Under the pieces are notes generated by a model, which saw nothing but the letters and a program-made list of their open reading frames with translations, was not told where the DNA came from and did no database searches. Shown here piece by piece: positions 26,506-41,428 of a DNA stretch of 64,000 nt (position 1 is its first letter; every line of letters starts with the position of its first letter). The translations under genes and the position numbers were made by a program. Source of the DNA: Heterodontus francisci. Its lineage: Eukaryota. Location of the stretch: positions 8,680,001-8,744,000 of the forward strand of contig NC_090404.1 of assembly GCF_036365525.1 (NCBI RefSeq), in the 5' to 3' direction.

Positions 26506-27710
26506 AAGAACAAAGATCAAAGAACAGTACAGCACAGGAACAGGCCATTCGGCCCTCCAAGCCTGCACCGATCTTGATGCCTGCCTAAACTAAAACCTTC
26601 TGCATTTCCGGGCACCATATCCCTCTATTCCCATCCTAATCATGTATTTGTCAAGATGCCTCTTGAACGTCGCTATCGTACCTGCTTCCACCACCTCTCC
26701 CGGCAGCAAGTTCCAGGCACTCACCACCCTCTGTGTAAAGAACTTGCCTCGCACATCCCCTCTAAACTTTGCCCCTCGCACCTTAAACCTATGTCCCCTA
26801 GTAACTGACTCCTCCACCCTGGGAAAAAGCTTCTGACTATCCACTCTGTCTATGCCACTCATAACTTTGTAAACCTCTATCACGTCACCCCTCCACCTCC
26901 GTCGTTCCAGTGAAAACAATCCGAGTTTATCCAACCTCTCCTCATAGCTGATGCCCTCCAGACCAGGCAATATCCTGGTAAACATCTTCTGTACCCTCTC
27001 CAAAGCCTCCACGTCCTTCTGGTAGTGTGGCGACCAGAATTGCACGCAATATTCCAAGTGTGGCCTAAGTACGGTTCTGTACAGCTGCAACATGACTTGC
27101 CTATTTTTATACTCTATGACCCGACCGATGAAGGCAAGCATGCCGTATGCCTTCTTGCCTACCTTATCCACCTGCGTTGCCACTTTCAGTGACCTGTGGA
27201 CCTGTACGCCCAGATCTCTCTGCCTGTCAATACTCCTAAGGGTTCTGCCATTTACTGTATACTTCCCACCTGCATTAGATCTTCCAAAATGCATTACTTC
27301 ACATTTGTCCGGATTAAACTCCATCTGCCATTTCTCCGCCCAATTCTCCAACCGATCTATTTCCTGCTGTTTCCTCTGACAATCCTCATCACTGTCTGCA
27401 ACTCCACCAACCTTTGTGTCGTCCGCAAACTTACTAATCAGACCAGCTACATTTTCCTCCAAATCATTTATTTATACGACAAAGAGCAAAGGTCCCAGCA
27501 CTGATCCCTGCGGAACACCACTAGTCACATCACTCCATTCAGAAAAGCACCCTTCCACTGCTACCCTCTGTCTTCTATAACAGAGCCAGTTCTGTATCCA
27601 TCTTGCCAGCTCACCTCTGATCTCGTGTGACTTCACCTTTTGTACCAATCTGCCATGAGGGACCTTGTCAAAGGCTTTACTAAAGTCCATATAGATAACA
27701 TCCACTGCCC
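26506..27710 (-). mobile_element. Truncated CR1, unit 9
   Basis: RT remnant. Confidence 0.95.
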
Positions 27711-28118
27711 AGATTCAGCGCTGGTTTAAACCGACTTCACTGATGATTCACTTATTATTGACTAACATAATAGTCCTGATTATCCTGTCCCGAACCTGCC
27801 TTCCTACAATATGTAATGGATGGGAAAGTGCCGCAGCTCTTATAGAAAGGCAGAGTTGTAGTATTTTCGACAGAGACATTAATATTTAATTCCGTTCCTT
27901 CCAAGTGGATATTCCACGTGACAACACTGCCTGCGGCAGCCCCGCCCACAGTTTCCGTTTGCTGCTCTCGCTCTGACCCAATTTTGTTATTGAAGCGATT
28001 GCTGCCGCGGGTCCATTCTTCTCATTGGTTGGATCAGCAGTGCAGTGGGACGGGGATCTGTATTTCTGCTCCGACAGAGAGTTTCCTGCACTGCAGAGTT
28101 ACAGATTCAGGAAGTATC

Positions 28119-28618
28119 ATGGGGAACCGTCTCTCACCGCTTCTCATCTTTCTATCACTTCTCAGTAAGTATTTCCTTCCCAGTAAAAATCCATTCTCCC
28201 CCTGCTGCATTCTAGACGTTATTGTTGGTAAAATAATAGTGATGGTGATGGTGACTGTTATGTCAATCAATATGAGGCAAATTCTGATTGCTGATATTAC
28301 TATTTTTCTGTTAGAATGGAGCCACCAAGACACAGTGGAACAGCCGGTTGCTGAAAGAACGGTTGAAAAGGGATCGAAAGTCACACTAACCTGCACCTTG
28401 AAAACAAGCGATTCGAACCCTTATGTGTACTGGTACAGTCAGCGCCCCGGGCAGCCTCCACACAACATACTTCGTCTTATTGGAGGGAATCTATACAGGA
28501 ACACCGGCATCACTGTTCGGTTCTCGGCTCCGTTTAATAAAACTGCCAAGATTACCGAGCTAACGGTCAGCAACACCCTGATCTCCGACAGCGCCGTGTA
28601 TTTCTGTGCCATGAGCCC
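28119..28618 (+). CDS. TCR V segment copy 10
   Basis: Open L and V; EQP and FSAP variants. Confidence 0.92.
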
Positions 28619-29068
28619 CACACTGCTGCAGAGATCTAGCAGATCCTGTACAAAAACCCACACTGAGAGTTCCAGTTAGCGCTCACCAGAGGGCGCGCTT
28701 GCACCGATAAACAGAAACAATAATTCAGCCTCCACAGTGAGAGACACAGAGAGATTCTTAAAACTGCGACAGAGCACAAACCTCAACAACAGGCGAGGTC
28801 CACTTGTGCAGTTATCTTAGTCTGTGACTACAACTTGCATTTATCATTTAAAAAATGAGCTTTACAAATCGAAGTCAGCGATCTTTACTCACCTTTTATC
28901 TTTCGATGCTCTTTCCCTGCCTACTTGTTCCTGTCACACCCTGTCTCGACACTTGACCCAGTATTGTATACATTTCCTTCTTACAGTCTTTAGTTTACAA
29001 ATATAAATCTTTACTAAATTTCGGTACGTTAATTCAGAACCATTCCAACCCAGATGCCCACTGATTCA

Positions 29069-30273
29069 AAGAACAAAGATCAAAGAACAGTACAGCACAG
29101 GAACAGGCCATTCGGCCCTCCAAGCCTGCACCGATCTTGATGCCTGCCTAAACTAAAACCTTCTGCATTTCCGGGCACCATATCCCTCTATTCCCATCCT
29201 AATCATGTATTTGTCAAGATGCCTCTTGAACGTCGCTATCGTACCTGCTTCCACCACCTCTCCCGGCAGCAAGTTCCAGGCACTCACCACCCTCTGTGTA
29301 AAGAACGTGCCTCGCACATCCCCTCTAAACTTTGCCCCTCGCACCTTAAACCTATGTCACCTAGTAACTGACTCCTCCACCCTGGGAAAAAGCTTCTGAC
29401 TATCCACTCTGTCCATGCCGCTCATAACTTTGTAAACCTCTATCACGTCGCCCCTCCACCTCCGTCGTTCCAGTGAAAACAATCCGAGTTTATCCAACCT
29501 CTCCTCATAGCTGATGCCCTCCAGACCAGGCAATATCCTGGTAAACATCTTCTGTACCCTCTCCAAAGCCTCCACGTCCTTCTGGTAGTGTGGCGACCAG
29601 AATTGCACGCAATATTCCAAGTGTGGCCTAAGTACGGTTCTGTACAGCTGCAACATGACTTGCCTATTTTTATACTCTATGACCCGACCGATGAAGGCAA
29701 GCATGCCGTATGCCTTCTTGCCTACCTTATCCACCTGCGTTGCCACTTTCAGTGACCTGTGGACCTGTACGCCCAGATCTCTCTGCCTGTCAATACTCCT
29801 AAGGGTTCTGCCATTTACTGTATACTTCCCACCTGCATTAGATCTTCCAAAATGCATTACTTCACATTTGTCCGGATTAAACTCCATCTGCCATTTCTCC
29901 GCCCAATTCTCCAACCGATCTATTTCCTGCTGTTTCCTCTGACAATCCTCATCACTGTCTGCAACTCCACCAACCTTTGTGTCGTCCGCAAACTTACTAA
30001 TCAGACCAGCTACATTTTCCTCCAAATCATTTATTTATACGACAAAGAGCAAAGGTCCCAGCACTGATCCCTGCGGAACACCACTAGTCACATCACTCCA
30101 TTCAGAAAAGCACCCTTCCACTGCTACCCTCTGTCTTCTATAACAGAGCCAGTTCTGTATCCATCTTGCCAGCTCACCTCTGATCTCGTGTGACTTCACC
30201 TTTTGTACCAATCTGCCATGAGGGACCTTGTCAAAGGCTTTACTAAAGTCCATATAGATAACATCCACTGCCC
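29069..30273 (-). mobile_element. Truncated CR1, unit 10
   Basis: RT remnant. Confidence 0.95.
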
Positions 30274-30681
30274 AGATTCAGCGCTGGTTTAAACCGACTT
30301 CACTGATGATTCACTTATTATTGACTAACATAATAGTCCTGATTATCCTGTCCCGAACCTGCCTTCCTACAATATGTAATGGATGGGAAAGTGCCGCAGC
30401 TCTTATAGAAAGGCAGAGTTGTAGTATTTTCGACAGAGACATTAATATTTAATTCCGTTCCTTCCAAGTGGATATTCCACGTGACAACACTGCCTGCGGC
30501 AGCCCCGCCCACAGTTTCCGTTTGCTGCTCTCGCTCTGACCCAATTTTGTTATTGAAGCGATTGCTGCCGCGGGTCCATTCTTCTCATTGGTTGGATCAG
30601 CAGTGCAGTGGGACGGGGATCTGTATTTCTGCTCCGACAGAGAGTTTCCTGCACTGCAGAGTTACAGATTCAGGAAGTATC

Positions 30682-31181
30682 ATGGGGAACCGTCTCTCAC
30701 CGCTTCTCATCTTTCTATCACTTCTCAGTAAGTATTTCCTTCCCAGTAAAAATCCATTCTCCCCCTGCTGCATTCTAGACGTTATTGTTGGTAAAATAAT
30801 AGTGATGGTGATGGTGACTGTTATGTCAATCAATATGAGGCAAATTCTGATTGCTGATATTACTATTTTTCTGTTAGAATGGAGCCACCAAGACACAGTG
30901 GAACAGCCGGTTGCTGAAAGAACGGTTGAAAAGGGATCGAAAGTCACACTAACCTGCACCTTGAAAACAAGCGATTCGAACCCTTATGTGTACTGGTACA
31001 GTCAGCGCCCCGGGCAGCCTCCACACAACATACTTCGTCTTATTGGAGGGAATCTATACAGGAACACCGGCATCACTGTTCGGTTCTCGGCTCCGTTTAA
31101 TAAAACTGCCAAGATTACCGAGCTAACGGTCAGCAACACCCTGATCTCCGACAGCGCCGTGTATTTCTGTGCCATGAGCCC
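30682..31181 (+). CDS. TCR V segment copy 11 (protein identical to copy 10)
   Basis: Open L and V. Confidence 0.92.
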
Positions 31182-31631
31182 CACACTGCTGCAGAGATCT
31201 AGCAGATCCTGTACAAAAACCCACACTGAGAGTTCCAGTTAGCGCTCACCAGAGGGCGCGCTTGCACCGATAAACAGAAACAATAATTCAGCCTCCACAG
31301 TGAGAGACACAGAGAGATTCTTAAAACTGCGACAGAGCACAAACCTCAACAACAGGCGAGGTCCACTTGTGCAGTTATCTTAGTCTGTGACTACAACTTG
31401 CATTTATCATTTAAAAAATGAGCTTTACAAATCGAAGTCAGCGATCTTTACTCACCTTTTATCTTTCGATGCTCTTTCCCTGCCTACTTGTTCCTGTCAC
31501 ACCCTGTCTCGACACTTGACCCAGTATTGTATACATTTCCTTCTTACAGTCTTTAGTTTACAAATATAAATCTTTACTAAATTTCGGTACGTTAATTCAG
31601 AACCATTCCAACCCAGATGCCCACTGATTCA

Positions 31632-32836
31632 AAGAACAAAGATCAAAGAACAGTACAGCACAGGAACAGGCCATTCGGCCCTCCAAGCCTGCACCGATCT
31701 TGATGCCTGCCTAAACTAAAACCTTCTGCATTTCCGGGCACCATATCCCTCTATTCCCATCCTAATCATGTATTTGTCAAGATGCCTCTTGAACGTCGCT
31801 ATCGTACCTGCTTCCACCACCTCTCCCGGCAGCAAGTTCCAGGCACTCACCACCCTCTGTGTAAAGAACGTGCCTCGCACATCCCCTCTAAACTTTGCCC
31901 CTCGCACCTTAAACCTATGTCACCTAGTAACTGACTCCTCCACCCTGGGAAAAAGCTTCTGACTATCCACTCTGTCCATGCCGCTCATAACTTTGTAAAC
32001 CTCTATCATGTCGCCCCTCCACCTCCGTCGTTCCAGTGAAAACAATCCGAGTTTATCCAACCTCTCCTCATAGCTGATGCCCTCCAGACCAGGCAATATC
32101 CTGGTAAACATCTTCTGTACCCTCTCCAAAGCCTCCACGTCCTTCTGGTAGTGTGGCGACCAGAATTGCACGCAATATTCCAAGTGTGGCCTAAGTACGG
32201 TTCTGTACAGCTGCAACATGACTTGCCTATTTTTATACTCTATGCCCCGACCGATGAAGGCAAGCATGCCGTATGCCTTCTTGCCTACCTTATCCACCTG
32301 CGTTGCCACTTTCAGTGACCTGTAGACCTGTATGCCCAGATCTCTCTGCCTGTCAATACTCCTCAGGGTTCTGCCATTTTCTGTATACTTCCCACCTGCA
32401 TTAGATCTTCCAAAATGCATTACCTCACATTTGTCCGGGTTAAACTCCATCTGCCATTTCTCCGCCCAAGTCTCCAACCGATCTATATCCTGCTGTATCC
32501 TCTGACAATCCTCATCACTGTCTGCAACTCCACCAACCTTTGTGTCGTCCGCAAACTTACTAATCAGCCCAGCTACATTTTCCTCCAAATCATTTATTTA
32601 TACGACAAAGAGCAAAGGTCCCAGCACTGATCCCTGCGGAACACCACTAGTCACATCACTCCATTCAGAAAAGCACCCTTCCACTGCTACCCTCTGTCTT
32701 CTATAACAGAGCCAGTTCTGTTTCCATCTTGCCAGCTCACCTCTGATCTCGTGTGACTTCACCTTTTGTACCAGTCTGCCATGAGGGACCTTGTCAAAGG
32801 CTTTACTAAAGTCCATATAGATAACATCCACTGCCC
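31632..32836 (-). mobile_element. Truncated CR1, unit 11
   Basis: RT remnant. Confidence 0.95.
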
Positions 32837-33244
32837 AGATTCAGCGCTGGTTTAAACCGACTTCACTGATGATTCACTTATTATTGACTAACATAATAGT
32901 CCTGATTATCCTGTCCCGAACCTGCCTTCCTACAATATGTAATGGATGGGAAAGTGCCGCAGCTCTTATAGAAAGGCAGAGTTGTAGTATTTTCGACAGA
33001 GACATTAATATTTAATTCCGTTCCTTCCAAGTGGATATTCCACGTGACAACACTGCCTGCGGCAGCCCCGCCCACAGTTTCCGTTTGCTGCTCTCGCTCT
33101 GACCCAATTTTGTTATTGGAGGGATTGCTGCCGCGGGTCCATTCTTCTCATTGGTTGCATCAGCAGTGCAGTGGGACGGGGATCTGTATTTCTGCTCCGA
33201 CAGAGAGTTTCCTGCACTGCAGAGTTACAGATTCAGGAAGTATC

Positions 33245-33744
33245 ATGGGGAACCGTCTCTCACCGCTTCTCATCTTTCTATCACTTCTCAGTAAGTATTT
33301 CCTTCCCAGTAAAAATCCATTCTCCCCCTGCTGCATTCTAGATGTTATTGTTGGTAAAATAATAGTGATGGTGATGGTGACTGTTATGTCAATCAATATG
33401 AGGAAAATTCTGATTGCTGATATTACTATTTTTCTGTTAGAATGGAGCCACCAAGACACAGTGGAACAGTCGGTTGCTGAAAGAACGGTTGAAAAGGGAT
33501 CGAAAGTCACACTAACCTGCACCTTGAAAACAAGCGATTCGAACACTTATGTGTACTGGTACAGTCAGCACCCCGGGCAGCCTCCACACAACATACTTCG
33601 TCTTATTGGAGGGAATCTATACAGGAACACCGGCATCACTGTTCGGTTCTCGGCTACGTTTAATAAAACTGCCAAGATTACCGAGCTAACGGTCAGCAAC
33701 ACCCTGATCTCCGACAGCGCCGTGTATTTCTGTGCCATGAGCCC
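33245..33744 (+). CDS. TCR V segment copy 12
   Basis: Open L and V; CDR1 region SDSNTY. Confidence 0.92.
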
Positions 33745-34191
33745 CACACTGCTGCAGAGATCGAGCAGATCCTGTACAAAAACCCACACCGAGAGTTCCA
33801 GTTAGCGCTCACCAGAGGGCGCGCTTGCACCGATAAACAGAAACAATAATTCAGCCTCCACAGTGAGAGACAGAGAGATTCTTAAAACTGCGACAGAGCA
33901 CAAACCTCAACAACAGGCGAGGTGCACTTGTGCAGTTATCTTAGTCTGTGACTACAACTTGCATTTATCGTTAAAAAATGAACTTTACAAATCGAAGTCA
34001 GCGATCTTTGCTCACCTTTTATCTTTCGATGCTCTTTCCCTGCCTACTTGTTCCTGTCACACCCTGTCTCGACACTTGACCCAGTATTGTATACATTTCC
34101 TTCTTACAGTCTTTAGTTTACAAATATAAATCTTTACTAAATTTCGGTACGTTAATTCAGAACCATTCCAACCCAGATGCCCACTGATTCA

Positions 34192-35396
34192 AAGAACAAA
34201 GATCAAAGAACAGTACAGCACAGGAACAGGCCATTCGGCCCTCCAAGCCTGCACCGATCTTGATGCCTGTCTAAACTAAAACCTTCTGCATTTCCGGGCA
34301 CCATATCCCTCTATTCCCATCCTAATCATGTATTTGTCAAGATGCCTCTTGAACGTCGCTATCGTACCTGCTTCCACCACCTCTCCCGGCAGCAAGTTCC
34401 AGGCACTCACCACCCTCTGTGTAAAGAACGTGCCTCGCACATCCCCTCTAAACTTTGCCCCTCGCACCTTAAACCTATGTCACCTAGTAACTGACTCCTC
34501 CACCCTGGGAAAAAGCTTCTGACTATCCACTCTGTCCATGCCGCTCATAACTTTGCAAACCTCTATCACGTCACCCCTCCACCTCCGTCGTTCCAGTGAA
34601 AACAATCCGAGTTTATCCAACCTCTCCTCATAGCTGATGCCCTCCAGACCAGGCAACATCCTGGTAAACATCTTCTGTACCCTCTCCAAAGCCTCCACGT
34701 CCTTCTGGTAGTGTGGCGACCAAAATTGCACGCAATATTCCAAGTGTGGCCTAAGTACGGTTTTGTACAGCTGCAACATGACTTGCCTATTTTTATACTC
34801 TATGCCCCGACCGATGAAGGCAAGCATGCCGTATGCCTTCTTGCCTACCTTATCCACCTGCGTTGCCACTTTCAGTGACCTGTAGACCTGTATGCCCAGA
34901 TCTCTCTGCCTGTCAATACTCCTAAGGGTTCTGCCATTTTCTGTATACTTCCCACCTGCATTAGATCTTCCAAAATGCATTACCTCACATTTGTCCGGAT
35001 TAAACTCCATCTGCCATTTCTCCGCCCAAGTCTCCAACCGATCTATATCCTGCTGTATCCTCTGACAATCCTCATCACTGTCTGCAACTCCACCAACCTT
35101 TGTGTCGTCTGCAAACTTACTAATCAGACCAGCTACATTTTCCTCCAAATCATTTATTTATACGACAAAGAGCAAAGGTCCCAGCACTGATCCCTGCGGA
35201 ACACCACTAGTCACATCACTCCATTCAGAAAAGCACCCTTCCACTGCTACCCTCTGTCTTCTATAACAGAGCCAGTTCTGTATCCATCTTGCCAGGTCAC
35301 CTCTGATCTCGTGTGACTTCACCTTTTGTACCAATCTGCCATGAGGGACCTTGTCAAAGGCTTTACTAAAGTCCATATAGTTAACATCCACTGCCC
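34192..35396 (-). mobile_element. Truncated CR1, unit 12
   Basis: RT remnant. Confidence 0.95.
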
Positions 35397-35804
35397 AGAT
35401 TCAGCGCTGGTTTAAACCGACTTCACTGATGATTCACTTATTATTGACTAACATAATAGTCCTGATTATCCTGTCCCGAACCTGCCTTCCTGCAATATGT
35501 AATGGATGGGAAAGTGCCGCAGCTCTTATAGAAAGGCAGAGTTGTAGTATTTTCGAAAGAGACATTAATATTTAATTCCGTTCCTTCCAAGTGGATATTC
35601 CACGTGACAACACTGCCTGCGGCAGCCCCGCCCACAGTTTCCGTTTGCTGCTCTCGCTCTGACCCAATTTTGTTATTGGAGGGATTGCTGCCGCGGGTCC
35701 ATTCTTCTCATTGGTTGCATCAGCAGTGCAGTGGGACGGGGATCTGTATTTCTGCTCCGACAGAGAGTTTCCTGCACTGCAGAGTTACAGATTCAGGAAG
35801 TATC

Positions 35805-36304
35805 ATGGGGAACCGTCTCTCACCGCTTCTCATCTTTCTCTCACTTCTCAGTAAGTATTTCCTTCCCAGTAAAAATCCATTCTCCCCCTGCTGCATTCTA
35901 GATGTTATTGTTGGTAAAATAATAGTGATGGTGATGGTGACTGTTATGTCAATCAATATGAGGAAAATTCTGATTGCTGATATTACTATTTTTCTGTTAG
36001 AATGGAGCCACCAAGACACAGTGGAACAGTCGGTTGCTGAAAGAACGGTTGAAAAGGGATCGAAAGTCACACTAACCTGCACCTTGAAAACAAGCGATTC
36101 GAACCCTTATGTGTACTGGGACAGTCAGCACCCCGGGCAGCCTCCACACAACATACTTCGTCTTATTGGAGGGAATCTATACAGGAACACGGGCATCACT
36201 GTTCGGTTCTCGGCTACGTTTAATAAAACTGCCAAGATTACCGAGCTAACGGTCAGCAACACCCTGATCTCCGACAGCGCCGTGTATTTCTGTGCCATGA
36301 GCCC
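35805..36304 (+). CDS. TCR V segment copy 13 (WY changed to WD)
   Basis: Open L and V; FR2 Tyr replaced by Asp. Confidence 0.85.
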
Positions 36305-36753
36305 CACACTGCTGCAGAGATCTAGCAGATCCTGTACAAAAACCCACACTGAGAGTTCCAGTTAGCGCTCACCAGAGGGCGCGCTTCCACCGATAAACAG
36401 AAACAATAATTCAGACTCCACAGTGAGAGTCACAGAGAGATTCTTAAAACTGCGACAGAGCACAAACCTCAACAACAGGCGAGGTGCACTTGTGCAGTTA
36501 TCTTAGTCTGTGACTACAACTTGCATTTATCGTTAAAAAATGAACTTTACAAATCGAGGTCAGCGATCTTTACTCACCTTTTATCTTTCGATGCTCTTTC
36601 CCTGCCTACTTGTTCCTGTCACACCCTGTCTCGACACTTGACCCAGTATTGTATACATTTCCTTCTTACAGTCTTTAGTTTACAAATATAAATCTTTACT
36701 AAATTTCGGTACGTTAATTCAGAACCATTCCAACCCAGATGCCCACTGATTCA

Positions 36754-37958
36754 AAGAACAAAGATCAAAGAACAGTACAGCACAGGAACAGGCCATTCGG
36801 CCCTCCAAGCCTGCACCGATCTTGATGCCTGCCTAAACTAAAACCTTCTGCATTTCCGGGCACCATATCCCTCTATTCCCATCCTAATCATGTATTTGTC
36901 AAGATGCCTCTTGAACGTCGCTATCGTACCTGCTTCCACCACCTCTCCCGGCAGCAAGTTCCAGGCACTCACCACCCTCTGTGTAAAGAACTTGCCTCGC
37001 ACATCCCCTCTAAACTTTGCCCCTCGCACCTTAAACCTATGTCCCCTAGTAACTGACTCCTCCACCCTGGGAAAAAGCTTCTGACTATCCACTCTGTCCA
37101 TGCCACTCATAACTTTGTAAACCTCTATCACGTCACCCCTCCACCTCCGTCGTTCCAGTGAAAACAATCCGAGTTTATCCAACCTCTCCTCATAGCTGAT
37201 GCCCTCCAGACCAGGCAATATCCTGGTAAACATCTTCTGTACCCTCTCCAAAGCCTCCACGTCCTTCTGGTAGTGTGGCGACCAGAATTGCACGCAATAT
37301 TCCAAGTGTGGCCTAAGTAAGGTTCTGTACAGCTGCAACATGACTTGCCTATTTTTATACTCTATGCCCCGACCGATGAAGGCAAGCATGCCGTATGCCT
37401 TCTTGCCTACCTTATCCACCTGCGTTGCCACTTTCAGTGACCTGTGGACATGTACGCCCAGATCTCTCTGCCTGTCAATACTCCTAAGGGTTCTGCCATT
37501 TACTGTATACTTCCCACCTGCATTAGATCTTCCAAAATGCATTACCTCACATTTGTCCGGATTAAACTCCATCTGCCATTTCTCCGCCCAAGTCTCCAAC
37601 CGATCTATTTCCTGCTGTACCCTCTGACAATCCTCATCACTGTCTGCAACTCCACCAACCTTTGTGTCGTCCGCAAACTTACTAATCAGACCAGCTACAT
37701 TTTCCTCCAAATCATTTATTTATACGACAAAGAGCAAAGGTCCCAGCACTGATCCCTGCGGAACACCACTGGTCACATCACTCCATTCAGAAAAGCACCC
37801 TTCCACTGCTACCCTCTGTCTTCTATAACAGAGCCAGTTCTGTATCCATCTTGCCAGCTCACCTCTGATCTCGTGTGACTTCACCTTTTGTACCAATCTG
37901 CCATGAGGGACCTTGTCAAAGGCTTTACTAAAGTCCATATAGATAACATCCACTGCCC
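36754..37958 (-). mobile_element. Truncated CR1, unit 13
   Basis: RT remnant. Confidence 0.95.
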
Positions 37959-38366
37959 AGATTCAGCGCTGGTTTAAACCGACTTCACTGATGATTCACT
38001 TATTATTGACTAACATAATAGTCCTGATTATCCTGTCCCGAACCTGCCTTCCTACAATATGTAATGGATGGGAAAGTGCCGCAGCTCTTATAGAAAGGCA
38101 GAGTTGTAGTATTTTCGACAGAGACATTAATATTTAATTCCGTTCCTTCCAAGTGGATATTCCACGTGACAACACTGCCTGCGGCAGCCCCGCCCACAGT
38201 TTCCGTTTGCTGCTCTCGCTCTGACCCAATTTTGTTATTGGAGGGATTGCTGCCGCGGGTCCATTCTTCTCATTGGTTGGATCAGCAGTGCAGTGGGACG
38301 GGGATCTGTATTTCTGCTCCGACAGAGAGTTTCCTGCACTGCAGAGTTACAGATTCAGGAAGTATC

Positions 38367-38866
38367 ATGGGGAACCGTCTCTCACCGCTTCTCATCTTTC
38401 TATCACTTCTCAGTAAGTATTTCCTTCCCAGTAAAAATCCATTCTCCCCCTGCTGCATTCTAGATGTTATTGTTGGTAAAATAATAGTGATGGTGATGGT
38501 GACTGTTATGTCAATCAATATGAGGCAAATTCTGATTGCTGATATTACTATTTTTCTGTTAGAATGGAGCCACCAAGACACAGTGGAACAGTCGGTTGCT
38601 GAAAGAACGGTTGAAAAGGGATCGAAAGTCACACTAACCTGCACCTTGAAAACAAGCGATTCGAACCCTTATGTGTACTGGGACAGTCAGCGCCCCGGGC
38701 AGCCTCCACACAACATACTTCGTCTTATTGTAGGGAATCTATACAGGAACACGGGCATAACTGTTCGGTTCTCGGCTACGTTTAATAAAACTGCCAAGAT
38801 TACCGAGCTAACGGTCAGCAACACCCTGATCTCCGACAGCGCCGTGTATTTCTGTGCCATGAGCCC
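38367..38866 (+). CDS. TCR V segment copy 14 (WY changed to WD)
   Basis: Open L and V; nonamer ACAGAAACC. Confidence 0.85.
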
Positions 38867-39316
38867 CACACTACTGCAGAGATATCGCAGATCCCGGACA
38901 GAAACCCACACTGAGAGTTCCAGTTAGCGCTCACCAGAGGGCGCGCTTGCACCGATAAACAGAAACAATAATTCAGCCTCCACTGTGAGAGACACAGAGA
39001 GATTCTTAAAACTGCGACAGAGCACAAACCTCAACAACAGGCGAGGTCCACTTGTGCAGTTATCTTAGTCTGTGACTACAACTTGCATTTATCATTAAAA
39101 AAATGAACTTTACAAATCGAAGTCAGCGATCTTTACTCACCTTTTATCTTTCGATGCTCTTTCCCTGCCTACTTGTTCCTGTCACAACCTGTCTCTACAC
39201 TTGACCCAGTATTGTATACATTTCCTTCTTACAGTCTTTAGTTTACAAATATAAATCTTTACTAAATTTCGGTACGTTAATTCAGAACCATTCCAACCCA
39301 GATGCCCACTGATTCA

Positions 39317-40520
39317 AAGAACAAAGATCAAAGAACAGTACAGCACAGGAACAGGCCATTCGGCCCTCCAAGCCTGCGCCGATCTTGATGCCTGCCTAAA
39401 CTAAAACCTTCTGCATTTCCGGGCACCATATCCCTCTATTCCCATCCTAATCATGTATTTGTCAAGATGCCTCTTGAACGTCGCTATCGTACCTGCTTCC
39501 ACCACCTCCCCTGGCAGCAAGTTCCAGGCACTCACCACCCTCTGTGTAAAGAACGTGCCTCGCACATCCCCTCTAAACTTTGCCCCTCGCACCTTAAACC
39601 TATGTCCCCTAGTAACTGCCTCCTCCACCCTGGGAAAAAGCTTCTGACTATCCACTCTGTCCATGCCGCTCATAACTTTGTAAACCTCTATCACGTCACC
39701 CCTCCACCTCCGTCGTTCCAGTGAAAATAATCCGAGTTTATCCAACCTCTCCTCATAACTGATGCCCCCCAGACCAGGCAACATCCTGGTAAACCTCTTC
39801 TGTACCCTCTCCACAGCCTCCACGTCTTTCTGGTAGTGTGGCGACCAGAATTGCACGCAATATTCCAAGTGTGGCCTAAGTAAGGTTCTGTACAGCTGCA
39901 ACATGACTTGCCTATTTTTATACTCTATGCCCGACCGATGAAGGCAAGCATGCCGTATGCCTTCTTGCCTACCTTATCCACCTGCGTTGCCACTTTCAGT
40001 GACCTGTAGACCTGTACGCCCAGATCTCTCTGCCTGTCAATACTCCTAAGGGTTCTGCCATTTACTGTATACTTCCCACCTGCAGTAGATCTTCCAAAAT
40101 GCATTACCTCACATTTGTCCGGATTAAACTCCATCTGCCATTTCTCCGCCCAAGTCTCCAACCAATCTATTTCCTGCTGTATCCTCTGACAATCCTCATC
40201 ACTGTCTGCAACTCCACCAACCTTTGTGTCGTCTGCAAACTTACTAATCAGACCAGCTACATTTTCCTCCAAATCATTTATTTATACGACAAAGAGCAAA
40301 GGTCCCAGCACTGATCCCTGCGGTACACCACTAGTCACATCACTCCATTCAGAAAAGCACCCTTCCACTGCTACCCTCTGTCTTCTATAACAGAGCCAGT
40401 TCTGTATCCATCTTGCCAGCTCACCTCTGATCTCGTGTGACTTCACCTTTTGTACCAGTCTGCCATGAGGGACCTTGTCAAAGGCTTTACTAAATTCCAT
40501 ATAGATAACATCCACTGCCC
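39317..40520 (-). mobile_element. Truncated CR1, unit 14
   Basis: RT remnant with frameshift. Confidence 0.95.
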
Positions 40521-40928
40521 AGATTCAGCGCTGGTTTAAACCGACTTCACTGATGATTCACTTATTATTGACTAACATAATAGTCCTGATTATCCTGTCC
40601 CGAACCTGCCTTCCTGCAATATGTAATGGATGGGAAAGTGCCGCAGCTCTTATAGAAAGGCAGAGTTGTAGTATTTTCGACAGAGACATTAATATTTAAT
40701 TCCGTTCCTTCCAAGTGGATATTCCACGTGACAACACTGCCTGCGGCAGCCCCGCCCACAGTTTCCGTTTGCTGCTCTCGCTCTGACCCAATTTTGTTAT
40801 TGGAGGGATTGCTGCCGCGGGTCCATTCTTCTCATTGGTTGGATCAGCAGTGCAGTGGGACGAGGATCTGTATTTCTGCTCCGACAGAGAGTTTCCTGCA
40901 CTGCAGAGTTACAGATTCAGGAAGTATC

Positions 40929-41428
40929 ATGGGGAACCGTCTCTCACCGCTTCTCATCTTTCTATCACTTCTCAGTAAGTATTTCCTTCCCAGTAAAAAT
41001 CCATTCTCCCCCTGCTGCATTCTAGATGTTATTGTTGGTAAAATAATAGTGATGGTGATGGTGACTGTTATGTCAATCAATATGAGGAAAATTCTGATTG
41101 CTGATATTACTATTTTTCTGTTAGAATGGAGCCACCAAGACAAAGTGGAACAGTCGGTTGCTGAAAGAACGGTTGAAAAGGGATCGAAAGTCACACTAAC
41201 CTGCACCTTGAAAACAAGCGATTCGAACCCTTATGTGTACTGGTACAGTCAGCGCCCCGGGCAGCCTCCACACAACATACTTCGTCTTATTGGAGGGAAT
41301 CTATACAGGAACACGGGCATCACTGTTCGGTTCTCGGCTACGTTTAATAAAACTGCCAAGATTACCGAGCTAACGGTCAGCAACACCCTGATCTCCGACA
41401 GCGCCGTGTATTTCTGTGCCATGAGCCC
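40929..41428 (+). CDS. TCR V segment copy 15
   Basis: Open L and V; heptamer CACATTG. Confidence 0.9.
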
